From assembly GCA_015486055.1 (NCBI GenBank), contig WFSJ01000025.1:1189-65188 (forward strand): 64,000 nucleotides of DNA, given 5' to 3'. Numbering within the stretch: position 1 is the first letter of the stretch; the number at the start of each line of letters is the position of its first letter. Positions 1 to 9,459 of this stretch are shown here, piece after piece. The position numbers and the translations under genes were made by a program. This DNA is from Acidobacteriota bacterium. GTDB taxonomy: Bacteria; Acidobacteriota; Aminicenantia; S016-38. The notes under the pieces are model-generated. The model saw nothing but the letters and a program-made list of their open reading frames with translations, had not been told where the DNA came from and made no database searches.

Positions 1-95
1 GGAACTAAAGAAGGACACCCAGATAATACTGATAACACATAATATAAAAACTGCAAGGGGTGCAGATTACATATATGGTGTAAGCATGCCTGAGG

Positions 96-1814
96 ATGGA
101 AGCTCAAGGGTCTATTATGTATCATCAAAGGAACTATTTGAAAATGCAAGATAGGGAAGCTACTTTCATAATATTTTTGGTCTTCCTCATATTCTTATCT
201 TTTGTCCTTAGATTCAGGGTTAAAGAATATCAAAATCATGGATTTTTTGATGACGAGGCAGTTTACTACCTAATGGCTTATTCCATAGCCTTTGATGGAA
301 ATATTTCCTATGAAAAGCAGGATCTCAGCAGAATATCAGAGAATTATGGAGGACTTCCCCAAGGTATATTTTTAAAGAAAACAAAGAAAGGCTTATTTTT
401 CGCAAAATCCTATGCATATCCACTGGTTGCAGCACCATTCGTAAGGGTTTTCAAAGATAAGGGCTTTCTTATTTTAACTTCCCTGCTTCTCCTAATGGAC
501 CTTTTAATAATATTCAAAATCTCAAGGAAAAAATTCTCTCCAAAAACTTCCCTTTTAATATCATTGGGATTATTTTTCCTCTCCGTTCTTTGGGGATATT
601 CCCTCTGGATCTCGTCGGCATTCTTTAATTTTTCCCTTGGGCTTCTCGTACTCTATTGGGGATTGGAGAAGGAAAAACTCATTTTCCCCATTTTCGCCTC
701 CGTTATTCTTGGACTTCTAATATTTTCAAAGCCCACAAATGCAATTTTTGCCCTTCCTCTTTTAGGGGCAAGATTCTTTAAGTTTAAATGGAAAGAAATA
801 TTGAAAAGCGTAATACTCGGAGTTGTTTTTATTACATCCTTGGGGAGTTTCTTCCTTGTGGAGAAGGCGCATACAGGTGAATGGAATTATATGGGAGGGG
901 AAAGAAGAAGCTTCTATTACCATTTTCCTTACGAGAGCAAAGCTATGCTCTTTTCAAAAGGATACTTAATGAGTGCGAAGGATTACTGGCAGAGATTTTA
1001 TCTTACCCCAAAGGTTTTTTTCCTGAACCTTTATTATTTCTTCACAGGAAGGTTCTCTGGGATGATAATATATTTCCTTCCAGCATTTCTTCTTCTTATA
1101 GCCTTTAGGGGAGGTAATTTAAAGGCATGGTTGATTTTTTCATCAATTGTAATAGCAATAACAGCCTCCATATCCCTTATGCCTGAGAATTTCATGGGTG
1201 GCGGGGGATGTCTCGGAAACAGATACTTCCCCAACATTTATCCCCTTTTCATTTTCCTCATCCCATACGCTGCCTCATGGTTCAGAAAGCCCTTATTTTT
1301 GGCATCATTCTTCCTCTATCCGCTTTTCCTTTCCCCAATAACAACCTCTTCTTATCCCTCAATGATAGGGAAAATGGGGTTCAGGGACATCTTTCCTGTT
1401 GAACTAACTCAGATAAATTCAATCCCTACAAATATAAATCCCTATGCTTTCAGGGTTCCCTATGGAAAATTTTATATTTACCATCTTGATGATAATTTCT
1501 GTGGAATTCACAAAGGGTTAATTGTTCTGAAGGGAAACAGCAAAGCGGAAATGGTAATAGCGGTTCCTTCTGAGACAGAAAAATTGAGAATATGGATGGA
1601 AGGTAATGGAAAAGCCGAAATAAACTTCCAGGGAAAAGAAAGAAAAATAAACCTGAAGAAAATTGCAAAACTTGATTTTCCCCTGAAGGGCGGGCTTAAG
1701 TTCAGGGCATTTAAACTTGTAAAAATGAGCATAATTTCTCATTTCTCAAAGGAAGAAATAAGAAATGGAAGAAACTATTTCTGCGGAGTAAGATTAAAGA
1801 TTGAGGGATTTTGA
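96..1814 (+). CDS. GT-C family membrane glycosyltransferase (PMT/ArnT-like, GT39/83-like)
   Basis: 572 aa with more than 10 predicted TM helices. The N-terminal loop motif FFDDEAVYY resembles the acidic DE motif of PMT/ArnT-type GT-C enzymes. The start is uncertain, with in-frame ATGs at 96, 117 and 144. Confidence 0.55.
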   Translation: MEAQGSIMYHQRNYLKMQDREATFIIFLVFLIFLSFVLRFRVKEYQNHGFFDDEAVYYLMAYSIAFDGNISYEKQDLSRISENYGGLPQGIFLKKTKKGLFFAKSYAYPLVAAPFVRVFKDKGFLILTSLLLLMDLLIIFKISRKKFSPKTSLLISLGLFFLSVLWGYSLWISSAFFNFSLGLLVLYWGLEKEKLIFPIFASVILGLLIFSKPTNAIFALPLLGARFFKFKWKEILKSVILGVVFITSLGSFFLVEKAHTGEWNYMGGERRSFYYHFPYESKAMLFSKGYLMSAKDYWQRFYLTPKVFFLNLYYFFTGRFSGMIIYFLPAFLLLIAFRGGNLKAWLIFSSIVIAITASISLMPENFMGGGGCLGNRYFPNIYPLFIFLIPYAASWFRKPLFLASFFLYPLFLSPITTSSYPSMIGKMGFRDIFPVELTQINSIPTNINPYAFRVPYGKFYIYHLDDNFCGIHKGLIVLKGNSKAEMVIAVPSETEKLRIWMEGNGKAEINFQGKERKINLKKIAKLDFPLKGGLKFRAFKLVKMSIISHFSKEEIRNGRNYFCGVRLKIEGF

Positions 1815-2418
1815 CCTGAAGAGTCTCAGGAAAAAGCAGAAGGAATATTCTTCATTCTTCAGGGAAATCGAGGTAAAAAAAGCCGAAAACTTTGCAGGGG
1901 TTGACTGCCATTACAAAAGTGAAAAAATAATCTGCTGTGCTGTCCTCATTGGTATTCACGGGGAGATAATTGAGGAAAGCATCACTGAAGGAAAAACATT
2001 TTTCCCTTACATTCCCACATTCCTCGCTTTTAGAGAAGGTCCCTGGATGGTAAACTCTATAAGAAAACTAAAAACAGTGCCTGACCTCATATTTGTGGAT
2101 GGAAATGGAAGATTACATCCATTAGGAGCTGGCCTTGCAGTGTATGTGGGAGTTAAATTGAATATCCCAACAATAGGATTTTCCAAAAATCCTATGAAGG
2201 GCTATCCAAAGGAATGTTCATTCAATGGAGAAAAGTTTCTGAAAAACGGAGTAGCAATCTGCAGGAAAGGATGGAAAAAACCTGTCTTTATATCCAGTGG
2301 AAATCTGATTACACTCCGGAAATCCCTGGAATTTTACAATCTTTTCTCCCCCACGAAAATCCCAATCCCAATAAGATTGGCCCATCAAAGAGCAAGGCTT
2401 CTTATAAATGAGCATTAA
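1801..2418 (+). CDS. nfi: endonuclease V (deoxyinosine 3' endonuclease)
   Basis: AGVDCHY, YIPTFLAFREGP, LIFVDGNGRLHP and NIPTIGFSK match the conserved Nfi blocks (DVAY, YIPGLLAFRE, VDGQGIAHPR, PTIGVAK). It has a TTG start and overlaps the upstream stop by 14 nt. Confidence 0.8.
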   Translation: MRDFDLKSLRKKQKEYSSFFREIEVKKAENFAGVDCHYKSEKIICCAVLIGIHGEIIEESITEGKTFFPYIPTFLAFREGPWMVNSIRKLKTVPDLIFVDGNGRLHPLGAGLAVYVGVKLNIPTIGFSKNPMKGYPKECSFNGEKFLKNGVAICRKGWKKPVFISSGNLITLRKSLEFYNLFSPTKIPIPIRLAHQRARLLINEH

Positions 2419-2450
2419 ATGAAATACAAATCTTCTGTTAGAATATAAAA

Positions 2451-4172
2451 GTGAGAACTCTTGACGCTAATACCTTAAAAAACCTGATGCTTGGGGGTTC
2501 ATTCTGGGTTATAAAGAACAGAGAAGAACTCAACAGGATAAATAGATTTCCCGTTGCAGATGCGGATACAGGAACAAATCTATCCGCAACATTGTATGCT
2601 GTATTCAAAAAGCTGAGGGAAAAGGAATTTTCTTCAGCAGCACAACTCCTCAAGGACACTGCTTACGAAGCATTCTCCAATGCAAGAGGAAATTCCGGGC
2701 TTATAATGAGTCAGTATCTCGTAGGACTTTCCAATTACATAAGAAGGGAATGGGTAGAGATAAAAGAGCTCGCCCATTCCATAAAGAGTGCCTATACTGA
2801 AGTTTATTCCTCACTTGAAAATCCAATTGAAGGGACGATCCTCACTGTAATGAGAGAAGTCGGAGAAGAAGCGGAAAGAATTAACACACTCAGCTTTAGG
2901 AATTTCTTATTAAGAATAATAAGCAGGGCAAGGCTGGCTCTTGAGAAAACAAAAAATATCCTTCCTGTTCTGAAAAGAGAAGGTCTTGTAGATTCAGGAG
3001 CCAAAGGATTCGTGCTCTTTCTTGAAGGGATGAGGCTTAGCCTGGACAAACAGATAGATTATGATACTCTTGATTTTAACACTGAATACTTCAAATGGAA
3101 TTCAGGGGAAGGTTTTTACTGTACTATTGCAACAATTAGAACCCGTTTAACTCACCATGAAATTGCAAATAAGATCAAGGATTTGGGAGATTCAATAATA
3201 TTTTCAAGCTTTAATGAGCTTATGAAAGTACACATTCACACCCCTGAACCAGATAGGTTTAAGGAAATACTGAAAGAAGAAGGGGAAATAGTATCCATGA
3301 CTGCGGAACCAATAGTTGAGAGAGAATTAAAGATAAGGGAAACTGGTTTGCTTGCGGATTCCTCCCTCGACATTCCCATTGCCATTGCAGAAGAACTTGG
3401 AATTGAGATCGTTCCCTTGGGAGTCATATTCGATGGAAAGATATTGAAAGATGGGGAGGAAATCTCAAGAGAGGTCGTTGCGGAAAGAATAATGAAAAAG
3501 GAGGAAATCAGTTCCTCTCTCCCTTTACCCATAGATTTTATAAGGTCATATTCCAAACTCAAAAGAAACCATAAAAGGATAATTTCCTTCCATCTGAGTG
3601 AAAAAGCGAGCGGAACATACAGCCTTTCAAGAACAATAAAGGAAAAGCTTGGTATATCCGGCTATGTTATTGATACTGGAAACTTCAGTCTCGGAGGAGG
3701 TCTAAAAGTTCTTAGAGCTGTGGAACTCCTTGATAAGGGTGAAAAACCCGATGATGTGGTAAAAAAGCTCGGTAAATTGCAGTCCAATGCCTTTATATTT
3801 GCAGATGACCTTTCCTACGGTGTAAAAGGGGGTAGGGTCAAGCCATGGAAAGGAGTTCTTCAGAAATATCTCAAACTTGGAATAATCCTTGGATTTTCCC
3901 CTGAAAAAGGAGGGATTTACTTTAGAGGAGCTGCTCCAGGAGGGAAAATGGCAATGAGGCTTTTAAAACATATGATAAAAAGGGAACTTGGCAGAGAGAA
4001 ACTTTACGACATAGGGATAGCTTTTACAAAAGAAGATTCGAGAATTAACGGAATGGAAAAATTTATAAGGGAAAACATAAGCACAAGAAAAATAATAAAA
4101 TCAACAACTTCCCCTGCAATAATGGTTCACGCTGGCCCTTCAGCCTTTGGAATATTCGCCCTGGAAATTTAA
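2451..4172 (+). CDS. yloV: DAK2 domain fusion protein YloV (Dak2 phosphatase domain plus DegV-like C-terminal domain)
   Basis: The N-terminal FPVADADTGTNL motif is typical of Dak2. The C-terminal half is DegV-like. It is 573 aa with a GTG start. Confidence 0.8.
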   Translation: MRTLDANTLKNLMLGGSFWVIKNREELNRINRFPVADADTGTNLSATLYAVFKKLREKEFSSAAQLLKDTAYEAFSNARGNSGLIMSQYLVGLSNYIRREWVEIKELAHSIKSAYTEVYSSLENPIEGTILTVMREVGEEAERINTLSFRNFLLRIISRARLALEKTKNILPVLKREGLVDSGAKGFVLFLEGMRLSLDKQIDYDTLDFNTEYFKWNSGEGFYCTIATIRTRLTHHEIANKIKDLGDSIIFSSFNELMKVHIHTPEPDRFKEILKEEGEIVSMTAEPIVERELKIRETGLLADSSLDIPIAIAEELGIEIVPLGVIFDGKILKDGEEISREVVAERIMKKEEISSSLPLPIDFIRSYSKLKRNHKRIISFHLSEKASGTYSLSRTIKEKLGISGYVIDTGNFSLGGGLKVLRAVELLDKGEKPDDVVKKLGKLQSNAFIFADDLSYGVKGGRVKPWKGVLQKYLKLGIILGFSPEKGGIYFRGAAPGGKMAMRLLKHMIKRELGREKLYDIGIAFTKEDSRINGMEKFIRENISTRKIIKSTTSPAIMVHAGPSAFGIFALEI

Positions 4173-5381
4173 CTACTTGTTGCTCTTCAAGACGGAATTC
4201 ATAAGCCTATCAAGAAAATCTGGAAAGGCTGAGGTTATTCTTATCCAGTTCGGCGTCAAAGGGATTGCAAGGGGATCCTCAAGGAATTGGGCACAGGCGA
4301 GCCTTAATGCATCAGCAAATGTCTCAACCGCAAGTTCTTCTTCATGGCGAAAGAATTCAAGACCATTTATCATAGCATCAGCATGAAATCTTGCTATCAT
4401 ATCCTCGGCAATCCTCAAATATGTTGTCCTAAGAGTTGTGAGCCTTCCCTCATTTACAATAATTCCCCTTGCGGCTAAATTCCTTAAAAGATTAACGGCT
4501 ATATCTATAGCCATTTTATGCAGTCCTTTGTTAGGGTCTTTTTTGGAAAGGGCCTGATGCTTATGGTCATATCTCTTGCAGAGTTCAACCTGAACCACTC
4601 TCTTTATGGCTACATTTCTGTAAACTTCACTGAGAATTCCTACCTCAAGCCCCCAATCCCCTGGTATTCTTATCATCCTTGCAAGGTCTGTCTTTAATGC
4701 AAATTCCCCTGCAAGTGGATAGCGAAAACTATCCAGATAATCAAGAAATGGATGAGATCCTGCAATTATTTTCAGGGACCTTATAAGAGGGATTAAGAAA
4801 AGCCTTGTTACCCTTCCATGAAGTTTGTTCGAGAACCTCGCATAAAATCCCTTACTGAACTCAAAATCAATGTTTGGATTAATCAACGGATATATGAGCC
4901 TTGAAAGCATCTCTCTTGAATATGTAATTATATCGCTATCGTGGAGTGCCACAACCTCTGATTCTCTCTGGGCAAGGAGGAGGCCGAGTCCGAACCATAC
5001 TGCCCGACCTTTTCCATCAGGTCCAACATAAAGTCCTGCATCCTCCAGGACCTTTATCAGTTTCTTTATTTTCGGATGTTCCAGCCAGAAAACTGTTACT
5101 CTATATGGATATTCCTTAATCTCCTCCTTTACATTCTCAAAATCTTCATCTTTAGCCCTGCCGAGAACTATTAACACCTGATTTACATAATCCACACCCC
5201 GGAGAGTTTCCATGATATTTTTCATGGCAGGTTTTCTGTAATCCGCATAAGTCGCTGGAATGAGGAGTGTGGTCCTTACATGCCTTGAATAATATGAAAG
5301 CTCCCTTTCTATCCTCTCTGTTCCTTTCTCACCTAACAAATGAAGGGTGGTTATACTTCCCGTCTGATAAATATCAGCCAT
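4173..5381 (-). CDS. gpgS: glucosyl-3-phosphoglycerate synthase-like GT-A glycosyltransferase (GT81, GpgS family)
   Basis: HDSDIITY, GRVTRLFLIPLI, YPLAGEFA and DWGLEVGILSEV align with Mycobacterium GpgS (DSDLI, GGRVTELVARPLL, PLSGEYA, GYGVEIGLL). The ORF extends to 5450, but the internal Met at 5381 (MADIYQ) gives an 8-nt overlap with the upstream phosphatase instead of 77 nt. Confidence 0.7.
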   Translation of the reverse strand: MADIYQTGSITTLHLLGEKGTERIERELSYYSRHVRTTLLIPATYADYRKPAMKNIMETLRGVDYVNQVLIVLGRAKDEDFENVKEEIKEYPYRVTVFWLEHPKIKKLIKVLEDAGLYVGPDGKGRAVWFGLGLLLAQRESEVVALHDSDIITYSREMLSRLIYPLINPNIDFEFSKGFYARFSNKLHGRVTRLFLIPLIRSLKIIAGSHPFLDYLDSFRYPLAGEFALKTDLARMIRIPGDWGLEVGILSEVYRNVAIKRVVQVELCKRYDHKHQALSKKDPNKGLHKMAIDIAVNLLRNLAARGIIVNEGRLTTLRTTYLRIAEDMIARFHADAMINGLEFFRHEEELAVETFADALRLACAQFLEDPLAIPLTPNWIRITSAFPDFLDRLMNSVLKSNK

Positions 5382-6207
5382 TTTTATCTCCCTCTTTCCT
5401 AAGCAGGTCCAGAATGGCTGAGTTCCAGCCCTTTGGACCTTGTTCCTCATAAATTTTTATTCCCTTTATTTCCTGCTTTATACTACTAACATATGGATTG
5501 TCTCTTCCTGAAACCAATATTGGATAATTAACCCATTTAAGCATTTCTAAATCATTCATGCTATCGCCAAGACCTATCTTGAATGCTTCCTTGAATCTCT
5601 TGCCTAAGAATTCAAACATTTTGCTCAGGGCATCTGCTTTCGTATGCAGACCGGAAAGATGATAAAATGTCCCACCTTCCTGTATCAAATATCCCTTTTC
5701 CTCAGCTTCTTTCTTTAACTCCCCGAAATCTTCAAGGCTACCTTTAAAAATAAAAGGAATGTCAAAATCTCTTTCTCTTGCAAGGATAGCAAGGTTAACT
5801 GGAAGCCCTGTAATTTCAGATATTTCCTTTGCAGTCATCTTCAGGAAAGTTCTTATTTCAACTTTCCTTGAAGAACTAAAATTATTTATAAATTCTTCAA
5901 GCTCTTCAGAGGAAGTTCCAAGGGATATTTCAAAGAAATTCCCTTCAAATTTCGGCGCTCCAACACTTTTTATACAAAATTCCTTAGGAATGTATGCGGC
6001 ACCTCCATTCTCAACAACAAAAGGGTCTTTTATGCCCATCTCCTTCTGGAAATATAAAGTTTCAGCAAAGGTCTTGCTTGTACAGAATATAAGAGGGATA
6101 TTGGAAGATTTTATCTTTTCAATGGTGTTTATTGCTGGCTTAAAATTGTAAGTTTTTTTATCAAGAAGTGTATTGTCAAGATCTGTGATTATAACTAAAT
6201 CCCTCAT
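5374..6207 (-). CDS. gpgP: HAD-family mannosyl/glucosyl-3-phosphoglycerate phosphatase (MpgP/YedP family)
   Basis: HAD motif I is ITDLDNTLLD. Overall similarity to MpgP/GpgP and placement immediately upstream of gpgS support the call. Confidence 0.75.
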   Translation of the reverse strand: MRDLVIITDLDNTLLDKKTYNFKPAINTIEKIKSSNIPLIFCTSKTFAETLYFQKEMGIKDPFVVENGGAAYIPKEFCIKSVGAPKFEGNFFEISLGTSSEELEEFINNFSSSRKVEIRTFLKMTAKEISEITGLPVNLAILARERDFDIPFIFKGSLEDFGELKKEAEEKGYLIQEGGTFYHLSGLHTKADALSKMFEFLGKRFKEAFKIGLGDSMNDLEMLKWVNYPILVSGRDNPYVSSIKQEIKGIKIYEEQGPKGWNSAILDLLRKEGDKNG

Positions 6208-6289
6208 GAAAAAATTCTACAGCAAATAAGGCTCTAAAGCAAGCTAAAATGGGCAATATCTACACGGAAGCTAAAAACTCAGGAAATTT

Positions 6290-6907
6290 TCACCTTCCTT
6301 TTTCCTTCTTCACCGAAACAGAGATCTTATAGGAAAGCTGGCAAATTTCCCCATCGGGATCCTTAGCCTCTATGATGAACTCATATTCCCCCCTTTTTTT
6401 CGGGATCACCCACTTCAATGTGTTTTCCTCTATTTTTGCATCCTTCGGACCTTTCTTCAATTCAACTTTGACTTCCTCCACAGGATCATCTTCATCCTTA
6501 ACCTCTATTTTATATTTGTATTTATCCCCTGGTTTGAGTTTATCTACTGATGGTGGGGAATTTAAAATTTGAGGAGGAATATCTGCAATCTTATATCTCA
6601 AGCTTTCTCCATAATCTATCTTATTACCATCTTCATCAAGTATATAGACTCCAACCCATACAAAGTCACCTTTCTTGAAATTACCAGATGGAAGGGTAGG
6701 AGAATCATAATCGAGCTTTAGACCATTAACATACCAGGTATAAGAATATCTATATCCTTCAGGAAGAGCAGGAGGAGTAACCTCTGCCCTTATATCAGTA
6801 TTCTGTGTAATGCGAGGAGGTGAAAGGGTTATCGTTTCTATTTGCTGGGAAAACATAAATAGAGCAAGCATTATAAAAAGCATGAGCTTTTTCATTTCAA
6901 TATTCAC
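6290..6907 (-). CDS. secreted protein with two Ig-like repeats, last gene of the minor-pilin operon
   Basis: It has an N-terminal signal peptide (MKKLMLFIMLALFMFSQQ) and two roughly 80-aa repeat modules. It overlaps pilX by 11 nt. Confidence 0.5.
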   Translation of the reverse strand: MNIEMKKLMLFIMLALFMFSQQIETITLSPPRITQNTDIRAEVTPPALPEGYRYSYTWYVNGLKLDYDSPTLPSGNFKKGDFVWVGVYILDEDGNKIDYGESLRYKIADIPPQILNSPPSVDKLKPGDKYKYKIEVKDEDDPVEEVKVELKKGPKDAKIEENTLKWVIPKKRGEYEFIIEAKDPDGEICQLSYKISVSVKKEKGR

Positions 6908-7376
6908 CGTAAAACATAGCGAGGGTTGCGGTATCTATCGTCTTGGTAGAGGAAAGCTTTCCCCCTCTATCGTAAAGCTCTCCTGTAACATAAAACTGAA
7001 TTGCAAGAAAGCTGAACCCTTCTCCCATTGAAACCTGAGGTGGAAAAGGAGGAACAAACTCTCCCATTATCCTGGGATTTGAAGGCTGGGAGCCTGTAGG
7101 CTGAGGAAGATAGAATCTTGCACTTCTTCCATCAGGTAAATCTGTGGAGAGATCATATGTCACTCCTGAAAAGTCCCCTGTGGGCGGAGCCTCACCTATT
7201 TTTGCATAACCATAATTTGCACCTCCATCTGCTATATAAAGAGCTGATGTGGCCTTACTCGCATAGGAAATTGACCTCATCTCCATCTGAGACATTGTAA
7301 TCCCAACTCCCCCTATAAGTGCTAAAACCAGCACAGCTATTAAGGCTAATATAAGTACACTTCCTTTTTCTCTCAT
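6897..7376 (-). CDS. pilX: type IV pilus minor pilin PilX-like
   Basis: The N-terminal hydrophobic segment (MREKGSVLILALIAVLVLALIGG) is PilX_N-like. Operon position supports the call. Confidence 0.6.
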   Translation of the reverse strand: MREKGSVLILALIAVLVLALIGGVGITMSQMEMRSISYASKATSALYIADGGANYGYAKIGEAPPTGDFSGVTYDLSTDLPDGRSARFYLPQPTGSQPSNPRIMGEFVPPFPPQVSMGEGFSFLAIQFYVTGELYDRGGKLSSTKTIDTATLAMFYGEY

Positions 7377-7385
7377 ATTCCCTCC

Positions 7386-8561
7386 TTAATAAACTGAAAA
7401 GAAATTCCTCGGATCGAAGCTATTATTTAGCTGATACAGCTTCATATGGTTCCAAGGTGTTCCTGTCAAAGTCAGAGAATCTCTATCACCTGCTGTCTTA
7501 ATAATTAGCTGGCTCTGGTATTTTTCCCTGAACCTTTCTGTTGCACCTGAAAGAGTTATTTTCATCGATTTTACCTGTTTACTTACAATTACATCATAAA
7601 GGGCTTGAAACGAGGGATTGCGGTATGCATTTCCTGCATAGGAAGGATCATAAGTGCAATACAAATCAGGTGGGTTAGTGGGATTTACAGGATCGGGAAC
7701 AATATATTCTATCTGCATATCCAGTATGTTCTTCGCAAGGGGAACGCAGCGTTCGGGCCCAAACCCATTAGAGCAAGGGTTGGCATTTCCATCGGCATCA
7801 AGACTGGCAGTAAGATAATAACTATTATTTATCCTTGAGATGAAGTAAATTCCAAAGAAACTAAGCTTAATAACAGAAGAAGTATCTCTATTGTAGGTAA
7901 TTGCTTTACCATTATCATCAGTTGTAGGATTCAAATAATGGGGAAGAAAATCCAGATAATTCAGGTGAATTGGACCTGCCATGTCGGAATAATTGAAAAG
8001 TCCTGAATAATAAACAGCTGTATTTCTAAGGGTAAGCGTATCGGTGTCAGTATTTACCGCTGTAACCTTGAACATATAAAAACCTTCCTTCGACATTATC
8101 ATTCCTATGTCATCGGCATTCCACATGGATTCTCCTGACACAGGATCCTTAACTTTTTCAAGAACCATCGTCGTAGAAGGAGGGTGCCAGGAACCGGCTG
8201 ACAGCTTGGTAATAGTTCTTGTATCTCCATAGGCAAGTATTATTCCATCGGGATTATCGTCATTGCCACCCCCATCGTATGTGTTATAATTCATTGGGAT
8301 TATGCCCCTGAAAGGAACATTTGAATCTGCTCCTAAATATGATTTGGTACCTGCCACATTTATACCTGCTCCTGCCTGCGATATTCTTTCCTGAAGCTCT
8401 ATAAAAGCTGTCCTTATCTGTGATTTTATCATCACCCTCTTGTTTTCTTGAAGGAAACTCCTCTGGTGAAATATCATCGCAGTTGTAAGGGCTAAGCCAA
8501 CTAAAAGAAATATCACAAGGACAACCAAAAGCTCAGCTAAGGTCATTCCGTTTTCTCTCAT
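7386..8561 (-). CDS. pilW: type IV pilus assembly protein PilW-like (prepilin-type N-terminus)
   Basis: G|MTLAELLVVLVIFLL is a class III prepilin cleavage/methylation site with Glu at +5. Length is 391 aa. Confidence 0.6.
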   Translation of the reverse strand: MRENGMTLAELLVVLVIFLLVGLALTTAMIFHQRSFLQENKRVMIKSQIRTAFIELQERISQAGAGINVAGTKSYLGADSNVPFRGIIPMNYNTYDGGGNDDNPDGIILAYGDTRTITKLSAGSWHPPSTTMVLEKVKDPVSGESMWNADDIGMIMSKEGFYMFKVTAVNTDTDTLTLRNTAVYYSGLFNYSDMAGPIHLNYLDFLPHYLNPTTDDNGKAITYNRDTSSVIKLSFFGIYFISRINNSYYLTASLDADGNANPCSNGFGPERCVPLAKNILDMQIEYIVPDPVNPTNPPDLYCTYDPSYAGNAYRNPSFQALYDVIVSKQVKSMKITLSGATERFREKYQSQLIIKTAGDRDSLTLTGTPWNHMKLYQLNNSFDPRNFFSVY

Positions 8562-8570
8562 GTGACCCTC

Positions 8571-8957
8571 CTATTCTCCTCTTACTATTGTAGTCAAAGA
8601 GGCCATTTTTCTCTCCTGAGAACTTCCCGGTTTTCTCCAGCTAACTGTAACCGTCACTGTGTAAAGGTTCATAGTAGCGTCATAAACACCTATGGAATAT
8701 TCCCTTTTGTAGTCAGGATAAAGAGGAATTGATTGATAGTTTTCTGTGGTAAAAACCCCTTGCGAAATCCCCGCAGGATTTGATTTAACATTTTCTATGC
8801 CCTGCTCTGCAAGATAAAGGGCATCTGTCCTTATTGAATTGTTCCTGTCAAACCCATACCTTGAAGCAAAAAGGGAAAGGATAAATATAACAAGAATCCC
8901 AAGGACTGCTACCCCTATTAAAGCTTCTATCATATATTGTCCTTTTTGTCTTCTCAT
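8571..8957 (-). CDS. pilV: type IV pilus minor pilin PilV-like
   Basis: It is a short 128-aa pseudopilin with a KGQYMIEALIGVAVLGILV prepilin-like N-terminus. Confidence 0.55.
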   Translation of the reverse strand: MRRQKGQYMIEALIGVAVLGILVIFILSLFASRYGFDRNNSIRTDALYLAEQGIENVKSNPAGISQGVFTTENYQSIPLYPDYKREYSIGVYDATMNLYTVTVTVSWRKPGSSQERKMASLTTIVRGE

Positions 8958-8967
8958 GATTTCCTCC

Positions 8968-9459
8968 TCATTTTACAAAATGTCTTGAAGTTTCAATGCC
9001 GCCAAGAGGGTAAATAGTTACATTTACGAAGTGTTGAGAAAGGGAGGAAAGGGCAATTTTTACATGTATAATACTCATTTGCCAGTCAGTAGAAGCATTT
9101 TCAACCATAATTCTGCCGTCAGGAAGAAAAAGAATATCCTTTTGGGGATCCAGGGTAAATACTGCCTGAGACGGTATAATGTTTTCCGTGTTGGGAACTT
9201 CCTTGAAATTCGGGTCCTTTATCTCAATATAATATTTAGAAGGTGTTGAGGAAGAATCAAGGTGAATTTTTGTTACCTTCTCCTCCTTCATTGCCATAGA
9301 TTTAGCCTTGTAAATACTCATAACAAACTTATTTGCCTCCCCCCTCAGTGTCCAGTTATACTTTGCTCTGCCAATGGAGGAAACAGCAAAAGCAGCTATA
9401 AGACCAACTATGGCAAGAACTATGATCATCTCGGTTGCAGTGAAACCTTTATTCCTCAT
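8968..9459 (-). CDS. fimT: GspH/FimT-family minor pilin
   Basis: KGFTATEMIIVLAIVGLIAA is a classic G|FTxxE prepilin motif. The ORF runs to 9492, but the Met at 9459 immediately precedes the leader peptide. Confidence 0.65.
   Translation of the reverse strand: MRNKGFTATEMIIVLAIVGLIAAFAVSSIGRAKYNWTLRGEANKFVMSIYKAKSMAMKEEKVTKIHLDSSSTPSKYYIEIKDPNFKEVPNTENIIPSQAVFTLDPQKDILFLPDGRIMVENASTDWQMSIIHVKIALSSLSQHFVNVTIYPLGGIETSRHFVK

Noticed and set aside
881-1742. Nested and antisense small ORFs inside the first GT-C gene (881-1108, 1034-1237, 1450-1742)
   Set aside because: They are fully contained in a longer coherent membrane-protein frame and have no independent signals.
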